From an uncultured Candidatus Saccharibacteria bacterium (GTDB taxonomy: Bacteria; Patescibacteriota; Saccharimonadia; Saccharimonadales; CAZLTB01), in the NCBI GenBank assembly GCA_964562505.1, contig CAZLTB010000001.1, positions 2,024-66,023 on the forward strand: a stretch of DNA of 64,000 nt, given 5' to 3'. Within the stretch, counting starts at the first letter, position 1, and every line of letters begins with the position of its first letter. The position numbers and the translations under genes were made by a program. The notes under the pieces are model-generated. The model had not been told where the DNA came from. It was given only the letters and a program-made list of their open reading frames with translations, and searched no databases. Below are positions 49,858 to 58,261 of this stretch, piece after piece.

Positions 49858-50628
49858 ATGAATTTGTATTTTATAGCGGGCCCGATATGTAGAGGCATAG
49901 ACTGCGCGCCTCTTTATTTGGTGGTCATTTGGCAGCGTTACGGATTTTATATTTTAGGAGCCATCTTAATTGTACTGGGCCTAATTAAATTATCTAAAAA
50001 GAACAAAAATAAAAATAAACGAAGAAAGACATTCATTTTATTAGCTGCTGGAATTATCTCACTCTCCATTAATCCCGCTTTAAACCTCAAAGCTGCGAGG
50101 GAGTTTCAGAAGGAGGAACAGGGAAAAGTAAGGTTTCTGACTTTTGAAACTTATGGTTACGATTTACCATCTGGGTGGAGATTAGAATTTCGATACATAA
50201 GCAACTTGTATAAAACACAAGCCTATAGCGATAACTTTCCAAAAATAAGCGCAGAGAACGACGATCATTCTCACATAGTCGAAAAATATACCACCAAGCA
50301 TAGCCTTTTTTATATTCGTCAATTTGATGACAAAAAATATTCTGGTAGTAGCAAAGAATGTTGGCCGAGTGACCCGGAATTCCCGGAACCGCAAACCATT
50401 TATGATGAATGTGAACAGATCGGCTCTAATAATGAGGGAGGTGGTATATATGCTATTCCGGCCAAAGAAAGTGGAAAATTTCTAAACGTATTCACTACAG
50501 TCAATGGAACAAGAGTAAATATAAATGCAGATTTGTTTAGTCCTATCGATAAAACAGATGCCCTCAAAATTATGCAATCTCTGCGAGTGATAGATAAAAA
50601 CAAGCTCAAATTTATTAATAGCGAATAA
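49858..50628 (+). CDS. Hypothetical membrane-anchored protein (2 TMs plus a soluble domain)
   Basis: Two hydrophobic segments around a Lys-rich loop; AT-rich; Cys pairs. Confidence 0.7.
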   Translation: MNLYFIAGPICRGIDCAPLYLVVIWQRYGFYILGAILIVLGLIKLSKKNKNKNKRRKTFILLAAGIISLSINPALNLKAAREFQKEEQGKVRFLTFETYGYDLPSGWRLEFRYISNLYKTQAYSDNFPKISAENDDHSHIVEKYTTKHSLFYIRQFDDKKYSGSSKECWPSDPEFPEPQTIYDECEQIGSNNEGGGIYAIPAKESGKFLNVFTTVNGTRVNINADLFSPIDKTDALKIMQSLRVIDKNKLKFINSE

Positions 50629-50672
50629 GAAAGCGATTTTTAAATCACACTTGTTGCTATGATTGAGGTGAG

Positions 50673-51269
50673 ATGAAGGGGAAGGTTTTTTTGATTGCCG
50701 GGTTTGATATTAATCAGACGGCCGCACATAAAGATTATCAAGACCTTAGGCAGGCCATTAAAGACAAAAACTATGAAGTTATTCCAGTCGATATTTATTG
50801 GCGAAAACAAACAATGTCCGGGTTTGTGAAAAAATTCATAAAATTTTATCAACATAAAAAAGGTGCGATAAACATTATTATTGGTAATTCGTTTGGTGCT
50901 GAGGTTGCACTCATTACTGCGCCTAAGCTAAAGCCGGACAAGATAATACTTTGTTCGTTGTCACCATTTTTTAAAGAAGACATCCCAAGATTCAATGATC
51001 GTAAAAAGTTGGAAAAGTGGTTTGGACCAAGGCGCTTAAAAGATCTGGAACAAATTTCTGCAAATGAAGCTGCCAAGCGTATCAACCAAACAAATATTAA
51101 AACGATTATGTTTTATGGAGAAAAAGAAAAGATAATGTATAAAAAACTTGTGGAAAGGGTCAAAGCTACGGCAAAAGATATAAACGAGACAGAGTTAATG
51201 GAAATTACCGAAGCAGCTCACAGCTTTAAAGATCCTGCATATATCAAGGTTATATCTGAATCGCTATAA
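50673..51269 (+). CDS. Small alpha/beta hydrolase
   Basis: GNSFGA nucleophile elbow, FYGEKE and AAHS (His). Confidence 0.82.
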   Translation: MKGKVFLIAGFDINQTAAHKDYQDLRQAIKDKNYEVIPVDIYWRKQTMSGFVKKFIKFYQHKKGAINIIIGNSFGAEVALITAPKLKPDKIILCSLSPFFKEDIPRFNDRKKLEKWFGPRRLKDLEQISANEAAKRINQTNIKTIMFYGEKEKIMYKKLVERVKATAKDINETELMEITEAAHSFKDPAYIKVISESL

Positions 51270-51341
51270 TTCCATTTGACATAAGTGAATAAAAATTGTA
51301 TTCTATTTAGATAGTTATTATTGATAAATGCCGGAGAAATT

Positions 51342-51686
51342 ATGGTGCCTGAAAAAATAGAAGTTATGGGTTCAATTGAAGGCCGAACATTTATTTCGTA
51401 TGCTGTTGATCGCCCAGTGGAGGCCGGAAACAGTGCTGTATGTTCTGCATGTGATGAGCCAGTAAAGTTTGCAGCTAGACAAAAATCACGCCAAATTATA
51501 GTAAACGTATATGAGAACAATGAGTGGGACAGAGTAGAACACTATCATGATGAATGTTATCTGCAAGTTGGCGAACCATATCTAGAGGCTTATCATGGTG
51601 AACCACTGCGGACAAAAGAAGAGCTGGAAGAATTGGAAGAATATATAAAGGCGATGGGAAACTTATCTACCACGAACGCTGGGTAA
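51342..51686 (+). CDS. Small putative zinc-finger protein (CxxC...HxxC, PARP-type spacing)
   Basis: CSAC...EHYHDEC; GGAG SD before ATG 51342; TTGACA-17-TATTCT promoter at 51276..51304. Confidence 0.7.
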   Translation: MVPEKIEVMGSIEGRTFISYAVDRPVEAGNSAVCSACDEPVKFAARQKSRQIIVNVYENNEWDRVEHYHDECYLQVGEPYLEAYHGEPLRTKEELEELEEYIKAMGNLSTTNAG

Positions 51687-51749
51687 AATATAGACAAAAA
51701 ATAACGGCGGGTGCATACTTCAAATATAACGTAATTTCTGGAGGGCAAC

Positions 51750-52181
51750 ATGAATGTTGAAGTAAGTTGGGCCGGTATATTGTTGGCCACATTAGCTAGC
51801 ATGGCAGTGGGTGGCATTTGGTATGCTAAGCCAGTATTTGGTAAAGTCTGGATGAAGTTGGTTGGGCTGAAAGAAGAGGATACGAAAAAGGGACAAGCAC
51901 AAGCATTGCTGATTGGCCTAGTCTGTGCATTTTTGACAGCCTATGTTCTAGCCCACGTAGCTTACCTATCAAATCAATACTTCCGTAACTCGTTTATGCA
52001 GGACTCGATGACCACGGCTTTTTGGTTGTCGGTTGGAATTTCGGCTACAACCGTAATAACTCACAATACATTTGAAAAACGAAAACCAAATTTGACCTGG
52101 CTGACTGTACTACATCAAATAGTTGGCTTCTTGATCATGGGTGCAATCATCGGTGCCTTTAAACCTTTTGGTGCTTATTAA
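51750..52181 (+). CDS. DUF1761-family membrane protein
   Basis: GGIWYAKPVFGKVWMKLVGL, FWL, FEKR; 4 TMs. Confidence 0.88.
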   Translation: MNVEVSWAGILLATLASMAVGGIWYAKPVFGKVWMKLVGLKEEDTKKGQAQALLIGLVCAFLTAYVLAHVAYLSNQYFRNSFMQDSMTTAFWLSVGISATTVITHNTFEKRKPNLTWLTVLHQIVGFLIMGAIIGAFKPFGAY

Positions 52182-52242
52182 ATTAAAGCTTTCTTTGGGT
52201 ATAATTTAGTTAAAGATCTATTTTGAATGATATGATTTAGTT

Positions 52243-52818
52243 ATGTCCCAGACATCTAAAGTATATGCCTTTATCGATAGCCAGAATCTGAACGTCAGCA
52301 CTCAAAAGCTGGGCTGGAAAATGGATTGGCGCAAATTTCGTCAATTCTTAGGTGATAAATACGGCGTCAATACAGCTTATATGTTTATCGGCTATGTGCC
52401 GGAATTCGAGAGCATGTATGAGCAGCTTCATCAATCCGGCTATTCAGTAGTCCTAAAGCCGACATTTGATATGACTAAACCAAGAGCAGAAATTCAAGAA
52501 AGCGTGGACAAAAAAGATAAAGACGAAGGCAAGCCCGTAAAAGGCAACATAGATGCAGACCTGGTGCTTTGGGCAATGAAAGAAATATCAAATTACGACA
52601 AAGCGATAATTGTGTCAGGCGATGGTGATTTTTATACCTTGGTTGAATATTTAGAAGGTAAAAATAAACTGCTTAAATTACTTACCCCAACTGGTCACTA
52701 CTCAAATCTTTATAATCGCTTCGACGACTATGTGGTTCGCATTGATCAATTTCGCAGAGAGCTGTCTTATCACGACTTCAAAAAACGGGACGGCGGTCGG
52801 CGCAGACCTTCAAAATAG
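52243..52818 (+). CDS. NYN/LabA-DUF88 (PIN-like) domain protein
   Basis: FIDSQNL, KGNIDADLV, VSGDGDF. Confidence 0.9.
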   Translation: MSQTSKVYAFIDSQNLNVSTQKLGWKMDWRKFRQFLGDKYGVNTAYMFIGYVPEFESMYEQLHQSGYSVVLKPTFDMTKPRAEIQESVDKKDKDEGKPVKGNIDADLVLWAMKEISNYDKAIIVSGDGDFYTLVEYLEGKNKLLKLLTPTGHYSNLYNRFDDYVVRIDQFRRELSYHDFKKRDGGRRRPSK

Positions 52819-52910
52819 TAATTCGCAGAAGCGTTATTGTAGGTATATACTAAGATTAGAAACTAAAAAATCTAATAAAAGCTATCAAATTATTAGAAGG
52901 GAGTAATGCT

Positions 52911-53291
52911 ATGCTGGGTAATTCAGAAGTGTGCGCAACTTTGCCGGTAAAGGATCTGGATGAGGCAAAGAAATACTACGGAGAAACACTGGGCTTGCAA
53001 AAAGAAAGCGAAAATCCTGGAGGCGTTTTATACAAAAGTGGCAATAGTAAGCTTTTTGTTTATCCTTCAGAATTTGCAGGGACTAATAAAGCTACCGCAG
53101 CTGCTTGGGCAGTTGACGACGTTGAGGCTACAGCTCAGGCATTATCGGGGAAGGGTATAAGTCTTGAACACTATGACAATTTGCCGGGCGTTACACGCGA
53201 AGGTGATGTTCACGTAATGGGCCCACTAAAAGCTATATGGTTTATAGACCCTTCAGGCAATATTTTGAACGTCACTAATGGAGCAATGTAG
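52911..53291 (+). CDS. VOC/glyoxalase family protein
   Basis: LPVKDLDEAKKYY..LGL and WFIDPSGNIL. Confidence 0.9.
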   Translation: MLGNSEVCATLPVKDLDEAKKYYGETLGLQKESENPGGVLYKSGNSKLFVYPSEFAGTNKATAAAWAVDDVEATAQALSGKGISLEHYDNLPGVTREGDVHVMGPLKAIWFIDPSGNILNVTNGAM

Positions 53292-53309
53292 CGCTAAGCA
53301 CATTGCTCC
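53280..53309 (+). terminator. 3' stem-loop over the VOC stop codon
   Basis: Perfect 10-bp stem GGAGCAATGT/ACATTGCTCC; no U-tract, so terminator function is uncertain. Confidence 0.45.
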
Positions 53310-53376
53310 TAACTCATAGTTGCGGATACTTTGTTACTAGGTAACTGAGCCAGACAAGGGTATTTGGGGAGCCAGA

Positions 53377-54195
53377 ATGCAGATAGTGAAGCTTAATAAT
53401 GGTTCAAATATACCAGCTATAGGCTTCGGCACATGGCATATTCTGTTGAATAACAGAGCTAAAAATTCAGTGATAGAGGCAATTCATTCCGGGTATAGAT
53501 TGATCGATACGGCTAAGATTTATGGCAATGAAAAGGGTGTCGGTGCTGCAGTGCGAGATTCAGGCATACCGCGAGATAAAATTTTTGTTACCACCAAATT
53601 ATGGACCAGCGACCAGGGCTACGAAAAAACTTTTCAGGCTTTTGATGCATCTCTAAAAACACTAGGGCTTGATTATATTGACCTATATCTCATTCATTGG
53701 CCAGGTTCTGATAAGCGTCTAGAAAGCTGGCGAGCAATGGAAGAAATTTATAAAGATGGTCGGGCTAAGACGATTGGAGTATCTAACTTTACGATTAGTC
53801 ACCTCGAAGAATTGCTAACAAGTTCTAAGATTGTACCAGCAATAAATCAAATAGAATTTCATCCCCTGATATTCAATGAACAAAAAGAACTGTTGGCATA
53901 TTGTGGAGACAAAGGCATAATTGTCGAAGCCTACAGTCCGCTTATGAGGGGCAAGTATCTTGAGGCAGCTATTTTCCAGCAAATTGGACAAAGACATAAT
54001 AAGTCGTCAGCTCAGGTGGTTTTGCGCTGGTGTATTCAACATAAAACTATTCCTCTACCGAAGACTTCACATAGTGAGAGAATGCACGAAAATCTGGACG
54101 TTTTTGACTTTGAGCTATCAAAAGGTGAAATGGAAATCATAAATTCTATGAGCAATGGTACCAGGACAACTTGGGACCCTACATCAGTTAGCTAA
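53377..54195 (+). CDS. Aldo/keto reductase (2,5-DKG reductase-like)
   Basis: GFGTW, IDTAKIYGNE, TTKLW, LYLIHWP, IGVSNF, NQIEFHP. Confidence 0.95.
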   Translation: MQIVKLNNGSNIPAIGFGTWHILLNNRAKNSVIEAIHSGYRLIDTAKIYGNEKGVGAAVRDSGIPRDKIFVTTKLWTSDQGYEKTFQAFDASLKTLGLDYIDLYLIHWPGSDKRLESWRAMEEIYKDGRAKTIGVSNFTISHLEELLTSSKIVPAINQIEFHPLIFNEQKELLAYCGDKGIIVEAYSPLMRGKYLEAAIFQQIGQRHNKSSAQVVLRWCIQHKTIPLPKTSHSERMHENLDVFDFELSKGEMEIINSMSNGTRTTWDPTSVS

Positions 54196-54218
54196 TCTGC
54201 TGTTATAATGCTTATAAC

Positions 54219-55484
54219 ATGAACGAAAACGCAAACGACAAAATTTTTCCTAAACATTTCTTCTGGGGCGCTAGTACAGCCAGCCATCAAGTAGAGGGCG
54301 GTACAGTTAACCAATGGTCAGTATGGGAATTAGCCCACGCCAAGGAATTATCTCTGACAGCACACCAACGTCTAAGTTGGCTACCAAAATGGCATGATAT
54401 TCAATCTAGGGCTGAAGATCCTAATAACTACATTTCAGGACGTGGTGTTGATCATCTCAACCGCTTCAGGGAGGATTTCGACTCTATTAATCAGCTTAAT
54501 CTAAACTCATTTCGGTTTGGCGTTGAGTGGGCGCGGATTGAGCCCGAAGAAGGCAAGTGGGACCAGGCTGCTATTGATCACTACAGGTTATATATAGCTG
54601 AACTAAGAGCCAGGCATATTGAACCATTTCTGAATATTTGGCACTGGACGATGCCAACATGGTTTACAGACAAAGGCGGTTTCAAGAAAAAGGCAAACCT
54701 GGTTGATTTCGAACGATTTGTTAAGAAAATTGCAAATGAATTCGCGGAAGATATCAATTACATAATTACTTTGAACGAGCCGAATGTTTATACCGCAAAT
54801 AGCTATATAGTTGGTGATTGGCCGCCCCAAGAAAAAAATTGGCTGAGCTCGCTTACTGTCATGTGGAACCTGGTACTAGCACACAGGAGAGCCTATAAAA
54901 TATTAAAAGACAAGAAACCTACATTGCAGATTGGTGTGGCCGCTCAGCTAGCTAATATCCAAGCCAAGCGTCCACACAACTTTTTTGATGAAGTCTCGAC
55001 CAAGTGGATGCGATATTTCTGGAATTGGTGGTTTTTAAGGCGTATACGCAAACAGCAGGATTTCGTTGGGATAAATTATTACTTTACAGATTATTACACA
55101 GGCTTGATCAAGAAACAGAACCCCAAAATTCCATTAAGCGACCTAGGCTGGTATATGGAGCCCGAAGGCCTCTATCCTTTACTGCTCCGTACATGGGTTA
55201 GATATAAAAAGCCCATTTTTGTAACGGAAAACGGTGTGGCCGATTCAAAGGACGAATATAGACGGTGGTGGCTGGAAGAAACAATAGTAGCTATGGAAAG
55301 AGCCATCAGTGAAGGCGTGGATCTGAAAGGCTATTTCTACTGGAGCTTATTAGATAACTTCGAATGGTCTTACGGCTGGTGGCCAAAGTTTGGTCTCATA
55401 GAAGTTGATAGAGAGAGCAATATGTTTCGTACAGTTCGACCAAGCGCCAAATGGTTCGCCAATCGTATAAAAGATTTGAGCTGA
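54219..55484 (+). CDS. Glycoside hydrolase family 1
   Basis: FFWGASTASHQVEG, TLNEP (acid/base), VTENG (nucleophile), WSLLDNFEW. Confidence 0.95.
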   Translation: MNENANDKIFPKHFFWGASTASHQVEGGTVNQWSVWELAHAKELSLTAHQRLSWLPKWHDIQSRAEDPNNYISGRGVDHLNRFREDFDSINQLNLNSFRFGVEWARIEPEEGKWDQAAIDHYRLYIAELRARHIEPFLNIWHWTMPTWFTDKGGFKKKANLVDFERFVKKIANEFAEDINYIITLNEPNVYTANSYIVGDWPPQEKNWLSSLTVMWNLVLAHRRAYKILKDKKPTLQIGVAAQLANIQAKRPHNFFDEVSTKWMRYFWNWWFLRRIRKQQDFVGINYYFTDYYTGLIKKQNPKIPLSDLGWYMEPEGLYPLLLRTWVRYKKPIFVTENGVADSKDEYRRWWLEETIVAMERAISEGVDLKGYFYWSLLDNFEWSYGWWPKFGLIEVDRESNMFRTVRPSAKWFANRIKDLS

Positions 55485-55493
55485 ACAATCTAA

Positions 55494-55522
55494 TTGACTA
55501 AACACAAAGCTTATGCTATAAT
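55494..55522 (+). promoter_or_regulatory. Consensus sigma70 promoter for a near-leaderless LysM gene
   Basis: TTGACT(55494)-17 nt-TATAAT(55517), 7 nt before ATG 55530; contains TTATGCTA. Confidence 0.75.
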
Positions 55523-55529
55523 GTAACAC

Positions 55530-55892
55530 ATGTCAGAAGCTCATCCTATCCATGAACGCCCTAAACCCTGGAGACTCACCACAAAGGGGAAATTAGCCGC
55601 AGGCGCCTTAGTTATGCTTTCAGCTGTTGGAGCTAAAGATACCGGTCAAGGTATCCTTAATTACGTTCACTCACGCACTACACCTCACTATGTTGATGTT
55701 GATGCTCGTGTTGGTGAAGACGGCGGAACTATTTGGGAGATTGCACGAAAAGCTCAGCCAGAAGGTGATATAAGTCCGTTAGTAGGCCGTCTTGTGGACG
55801 AACACGGTGGAATTGATACCGTACAACCAAACGAACAATTGACCATACGTAGTGGCCACTTAGTAAAACCTGAACAGCCGCCCTCTAGCTAG
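55530..55892 (+). CDS. Single-TM LysM-like protein resembling actinobacterial YneA/ChiZ-type proteins
   Basis: WRLTTKGK, a hydrophobic segment, then TIWEIARKAQPEGDISPLV...VQPNEQLTI. Confidence 0.72.
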   Translation: MSEAHPIHERPKPWRLTTKGKLAAGALVMLSAVGAKDTGQGILNYVHSRTTPHYVDVDARVGEDGGTIWEIARKAQPEGDISPLVGRLVDEHGGIDTVQPNEQLTIRSGHLVKPEQPPSS

Positions 55893-55915
55893 CCTAGCGT
55901 CAAAGACTTTGATTG

Positions 55916-55942
55916 AACCACCATATATTGTGGTGGTTTTTT
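55916..55942 (+). terminator. Intrinsic terminator after the LysM gene
   Basis: 8-bp stem AACCACCA/TGGTGGTT, 7-nt loop, followed by a T-run. Confidence 0.7.
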
Positions 55943-55956
55943 CATTTTTGCAAATC

Positions 55957-55965
55957 TGTGGATAA
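55957..55965 (-). promoter_or_regulatory. Perfect DnaA box upstream of the dcw promoter
   Basis: TGTGGATAA is the reverse complement of TTATCCACA. Confidence 0.6.
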
Positions 55966-56002
55966 GTATGCCTATTTTCTCTAATAATTCTCAAGAAAGT
56001 GC

Positions 56003-56054
56003 TTGCAAGTGGGTAAGGGTGGGTTGTATATTCATGGCAGTGGGTAATCGTGGG
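56003..56054 (+). promoter_or_regulatory. mraZ/dcw promoter with four MraZ-binding GTGGG boxes
   Basis: GTGGG at 56009, 56019, 56040 and 56050 (about 10-bp phasing) around TTGCAA(56003)-18 nt-TATATT(56027). Confidence 0.8.
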
Positions 56055-56116
56055 TAAGGCAAAATAACTTACTTGCCGATCAAAAATAAAAAACCACTAG
56101 TAACTTAAAGGACACC

Positions 56117-56482
56117 ATGGCCACGGTAGACTACTTTGAGAGAAAGCTTGATGACAAGCGGCGACTTACCATCCCCGCCGAGCTTCGAGCCGAATTCTCT
56201 AGTGGAGTAGTTATAAGCCGTGGATTCCAGCGGTATCTACATCTGTATCCTAAAACGGTATGGGATGAACTGGTTGAGCCAGAGCTTCAAGGAAATATTC
56301 TTGATGAGCATACGGCCGATCTAAATGTCCAATTTCGTACAGGGAAAACAGAGGGTGAACTTGATGGCAAACAAGGAAGAGTGACCATTGAGCAGCACTT
56401 ATTAGATTATGCGGGGATAGACCGTGACGTAGTTGCAGTCCGGGTCGGACGTTATTGGCGCTTAACTTCTGTCAAACGCTAA
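56117..56482 (+). CDS. mraZ: Division/cell-wall cluster transcriptional regulator MraZ
   Basis: LDDKRRLTIPAELR and LDGKQGRVTI (DxKGR variants); precedes rsmH. Confidence 0.93.
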   Translation: MATVDYFERKLDDKRRLTIPAELRAEFSSGVVISRGFQRYLHLYPKTVWDELVEPELQGNILDEHTADLNVQFRTGKTEGELDGKQGRVTIEQHLLDYAGIDRDVVAVRVGRYWRLTSVKR

Positions 56483-56795
56483 AGCTCCAGGCCAGTTCTT
56501 TAAAAATCAAACCAAAAACAAATCCGAGAAGCACAATCGAGGTCAGCTAATCGGCAGTCAATAAGTGGCATGTAGGTAACCACTCAAAAAACCTATGTAC
56601 TTTACATCAAAACACCTCCCAAAACTCCACCTCACACATAAGTCTCTCAAATGTTATTTGGTAGTAAGGATTTAGTAGATTTTTCAAATCTCAAAAACAT
56701 TCTTTACATACGACCAAATAACAAACAAAAACAAAAATTTTCAAAAAACAAAAAATTGGCTGCTGGTTAGGTGACCTTGCAAAAACAAAAACGCA

Positions 56796-57722
56796 ATGAA
56801 AAAAACCAAAACAAATCACCAAAAGTTACATACTCCAGTAATGTTGGATGAAGTCCTAGGGTTCTTGGCTCCCCAAAAAGGAGATTCATACCTCGACTTA
56901 ACAGCAGGATATGGCGGACATGCTCAGGCAGTTCTGGAACGTACATTGAAGCCTTCAAAGGCTACTCTTGTAGATCGTGATCAGGATGCGATTCGTTACC
57001 TCGAGCGACATTTTGGCGGTGCTAGGATAATCCATCAGGATTTCTTAGGTGCCAGCCAGAGATTGTTGGATTTCGGCGAAAAATTCAATCTAATTCTGGC
57101 TGATTTAGGGGTTTCGTCACCGCACCTTGAAAATGCAGGCCGTGGGTTTAGTTTTGATAAGGATGGTCCATTGGATATGCGCATGGATCTTAGCCAAGAC
57201 TTAACAGCTGAAGTAATAGTTAATACTTTCAGCCAAAAAGAATTAAGTAAAATAATCCAGGAGTATGGCGAAGAGCCAAAGGCTAGCAAAATCGCCAAAG
57301 CAATTGTCATAAACCGACCATTCAAGACAACCAAACAGCTTGCAAAAATCATTGCGAGGTTCTCATCGGGCCACAGCAAAATACATCCAGCAACCAGGAG
57401 CTTTCAAGCGCTTCGCATCGCAGTGAATAACGAACTAGAACAACTCAAGATCGCTATTCCTATCTGGATAGATCTGCTTACCCCTGGAGGACGGATAGTC
57501 GTTATAAGTTTTCATAGTCTGGAAGATCGTATCGTGAAGCAGACATTAAACGAAAACAGTGGCGATCACTACGACGCTTGTCTGAAGCTGCTCACCAGGC
57601 AGCCAAGAATGGCAAGCGCCGATGAAAAAGTTTCCAATCCGCGAGCGAGAAGCGCTAAACTTCGCGCCGCAGTAAAGATAAACACAACAGAAAGGGGAGT
57701 GGCTCATGCCAATTCAGGTTAA
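56796..57722 (+). CDS. rsmH: 16S rRNA m4C1402 methyltransferase
   Basis: HTPVML, DLTAGYGGH, DLGVSS, PLDMRMD, FHSLEDR, NPRARSAKLR. Confidence 0.97.
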   Translation: MKKTKTNHQKLHTPVMLDEVLGFLAPQKGDSYLDLTAGYGGHAQAVLERTLKPSKATLVDRDQDAIRYLERHFGGARIIHQDFLGASQRLLDFGEKFNLILADLGVSSPHLENAGRGFSFDKDGPLDMRMDLSQDLTAEVIVNTFSQKELSKIIQEYGEEPKASKIAKAIVINRPFKTTKQLAKIIARFSSGHSKIHPATRSFQALRIAVNNELEQLKIAIPIWIDLLTPGGRIVVISFHSLEDRIVKQTLNENSGDHYDACLKLLTRQPRMASADEKVSNPRARSAKLRAAVKINTTERGVAHANSG

Positions 57723-57765
57723 AAACCTCTCCCGCACATACAAGGTAAAAGTTAGAGTTCTTTAG
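57706..57765 (+). CDS. Candidate 19-aa small ORF MPIQVKNLSRTYKVKVRVL
   Basis: Strong SD-like AAAGGGGAG 6 nt before ATG 57706; overlaps the rsmH stop; ends TAG 57765. Confidence 0.4.
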   Translation: MPIQVKNLSRTYKVKVRVL

Positions 57766-57882
57766 CTCTTACCTCGTAAAACACCTGCATCCACTCAATT
57801 AGTTAGGGTGGATGCAGGCAAAATAAACACAAAAATAAAAATCCTCCCGAGCGTAAAGTTTAGGAGAACAGGAAAAACAAAT

Positions 57883-58230
57883 ATGACATATTCGAGTTCA
57901 CTGGCCATGGGGCGGCAACGCTTCGCTGGCCGCAATCAAAATACAGCCACTTTTAAAGGTCGTAAAAAGGCCATTGGCCCGGTTAGTAATACGATTATAT
58001 TGATCGTATTGGCATGTTTGCTTGGGCTACTCTATCTGACCCAAGTAACCAAAACAAATGCTTATAGCTATCGTATCAACGATTTAAAAGAGCAACAGGC
58101 TAGTTTGCAGGCTGAGCACGACCAGCTTGAGATCGATTCTGCAAGGCAGCAGGCTCTTGAAAGAGTCAAAAACAGCGCCGTGGCCAAAAATCTGGTATCC
58201 GTTGTACCAAGTGCCACTGTTCAAAATTAA
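57883..58230 (+). CDS. ftsL: FtsL-like cell division protein
   Basis: Short cytoplasmic segment, one TM and a coiled coil; lies between rsmH and ftsI; start at ATG 57883. Confidence 0.8.
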   Translation: MTYSSSLAMGRQRFAGRNQNTATFKGRKKAIGPVSNTIILIVLACLLGLLYLTQVTKTNAYSYRINDLKEQQASLQAEHDQLEIDSARQQALERVKNSAVAKNLVSVVPSATVQN

Positions 58231-58261
58231 CTAACATTAATAGCAATAAAGGAGATGTATT

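Noticed and set aside
55918-55933. NrdR-box-like CACCATATATTGTG
   Set aside because: It is single, no ribonucleotide reductase gene is nearby, and it is better explained as part of the LysM gene terminator.
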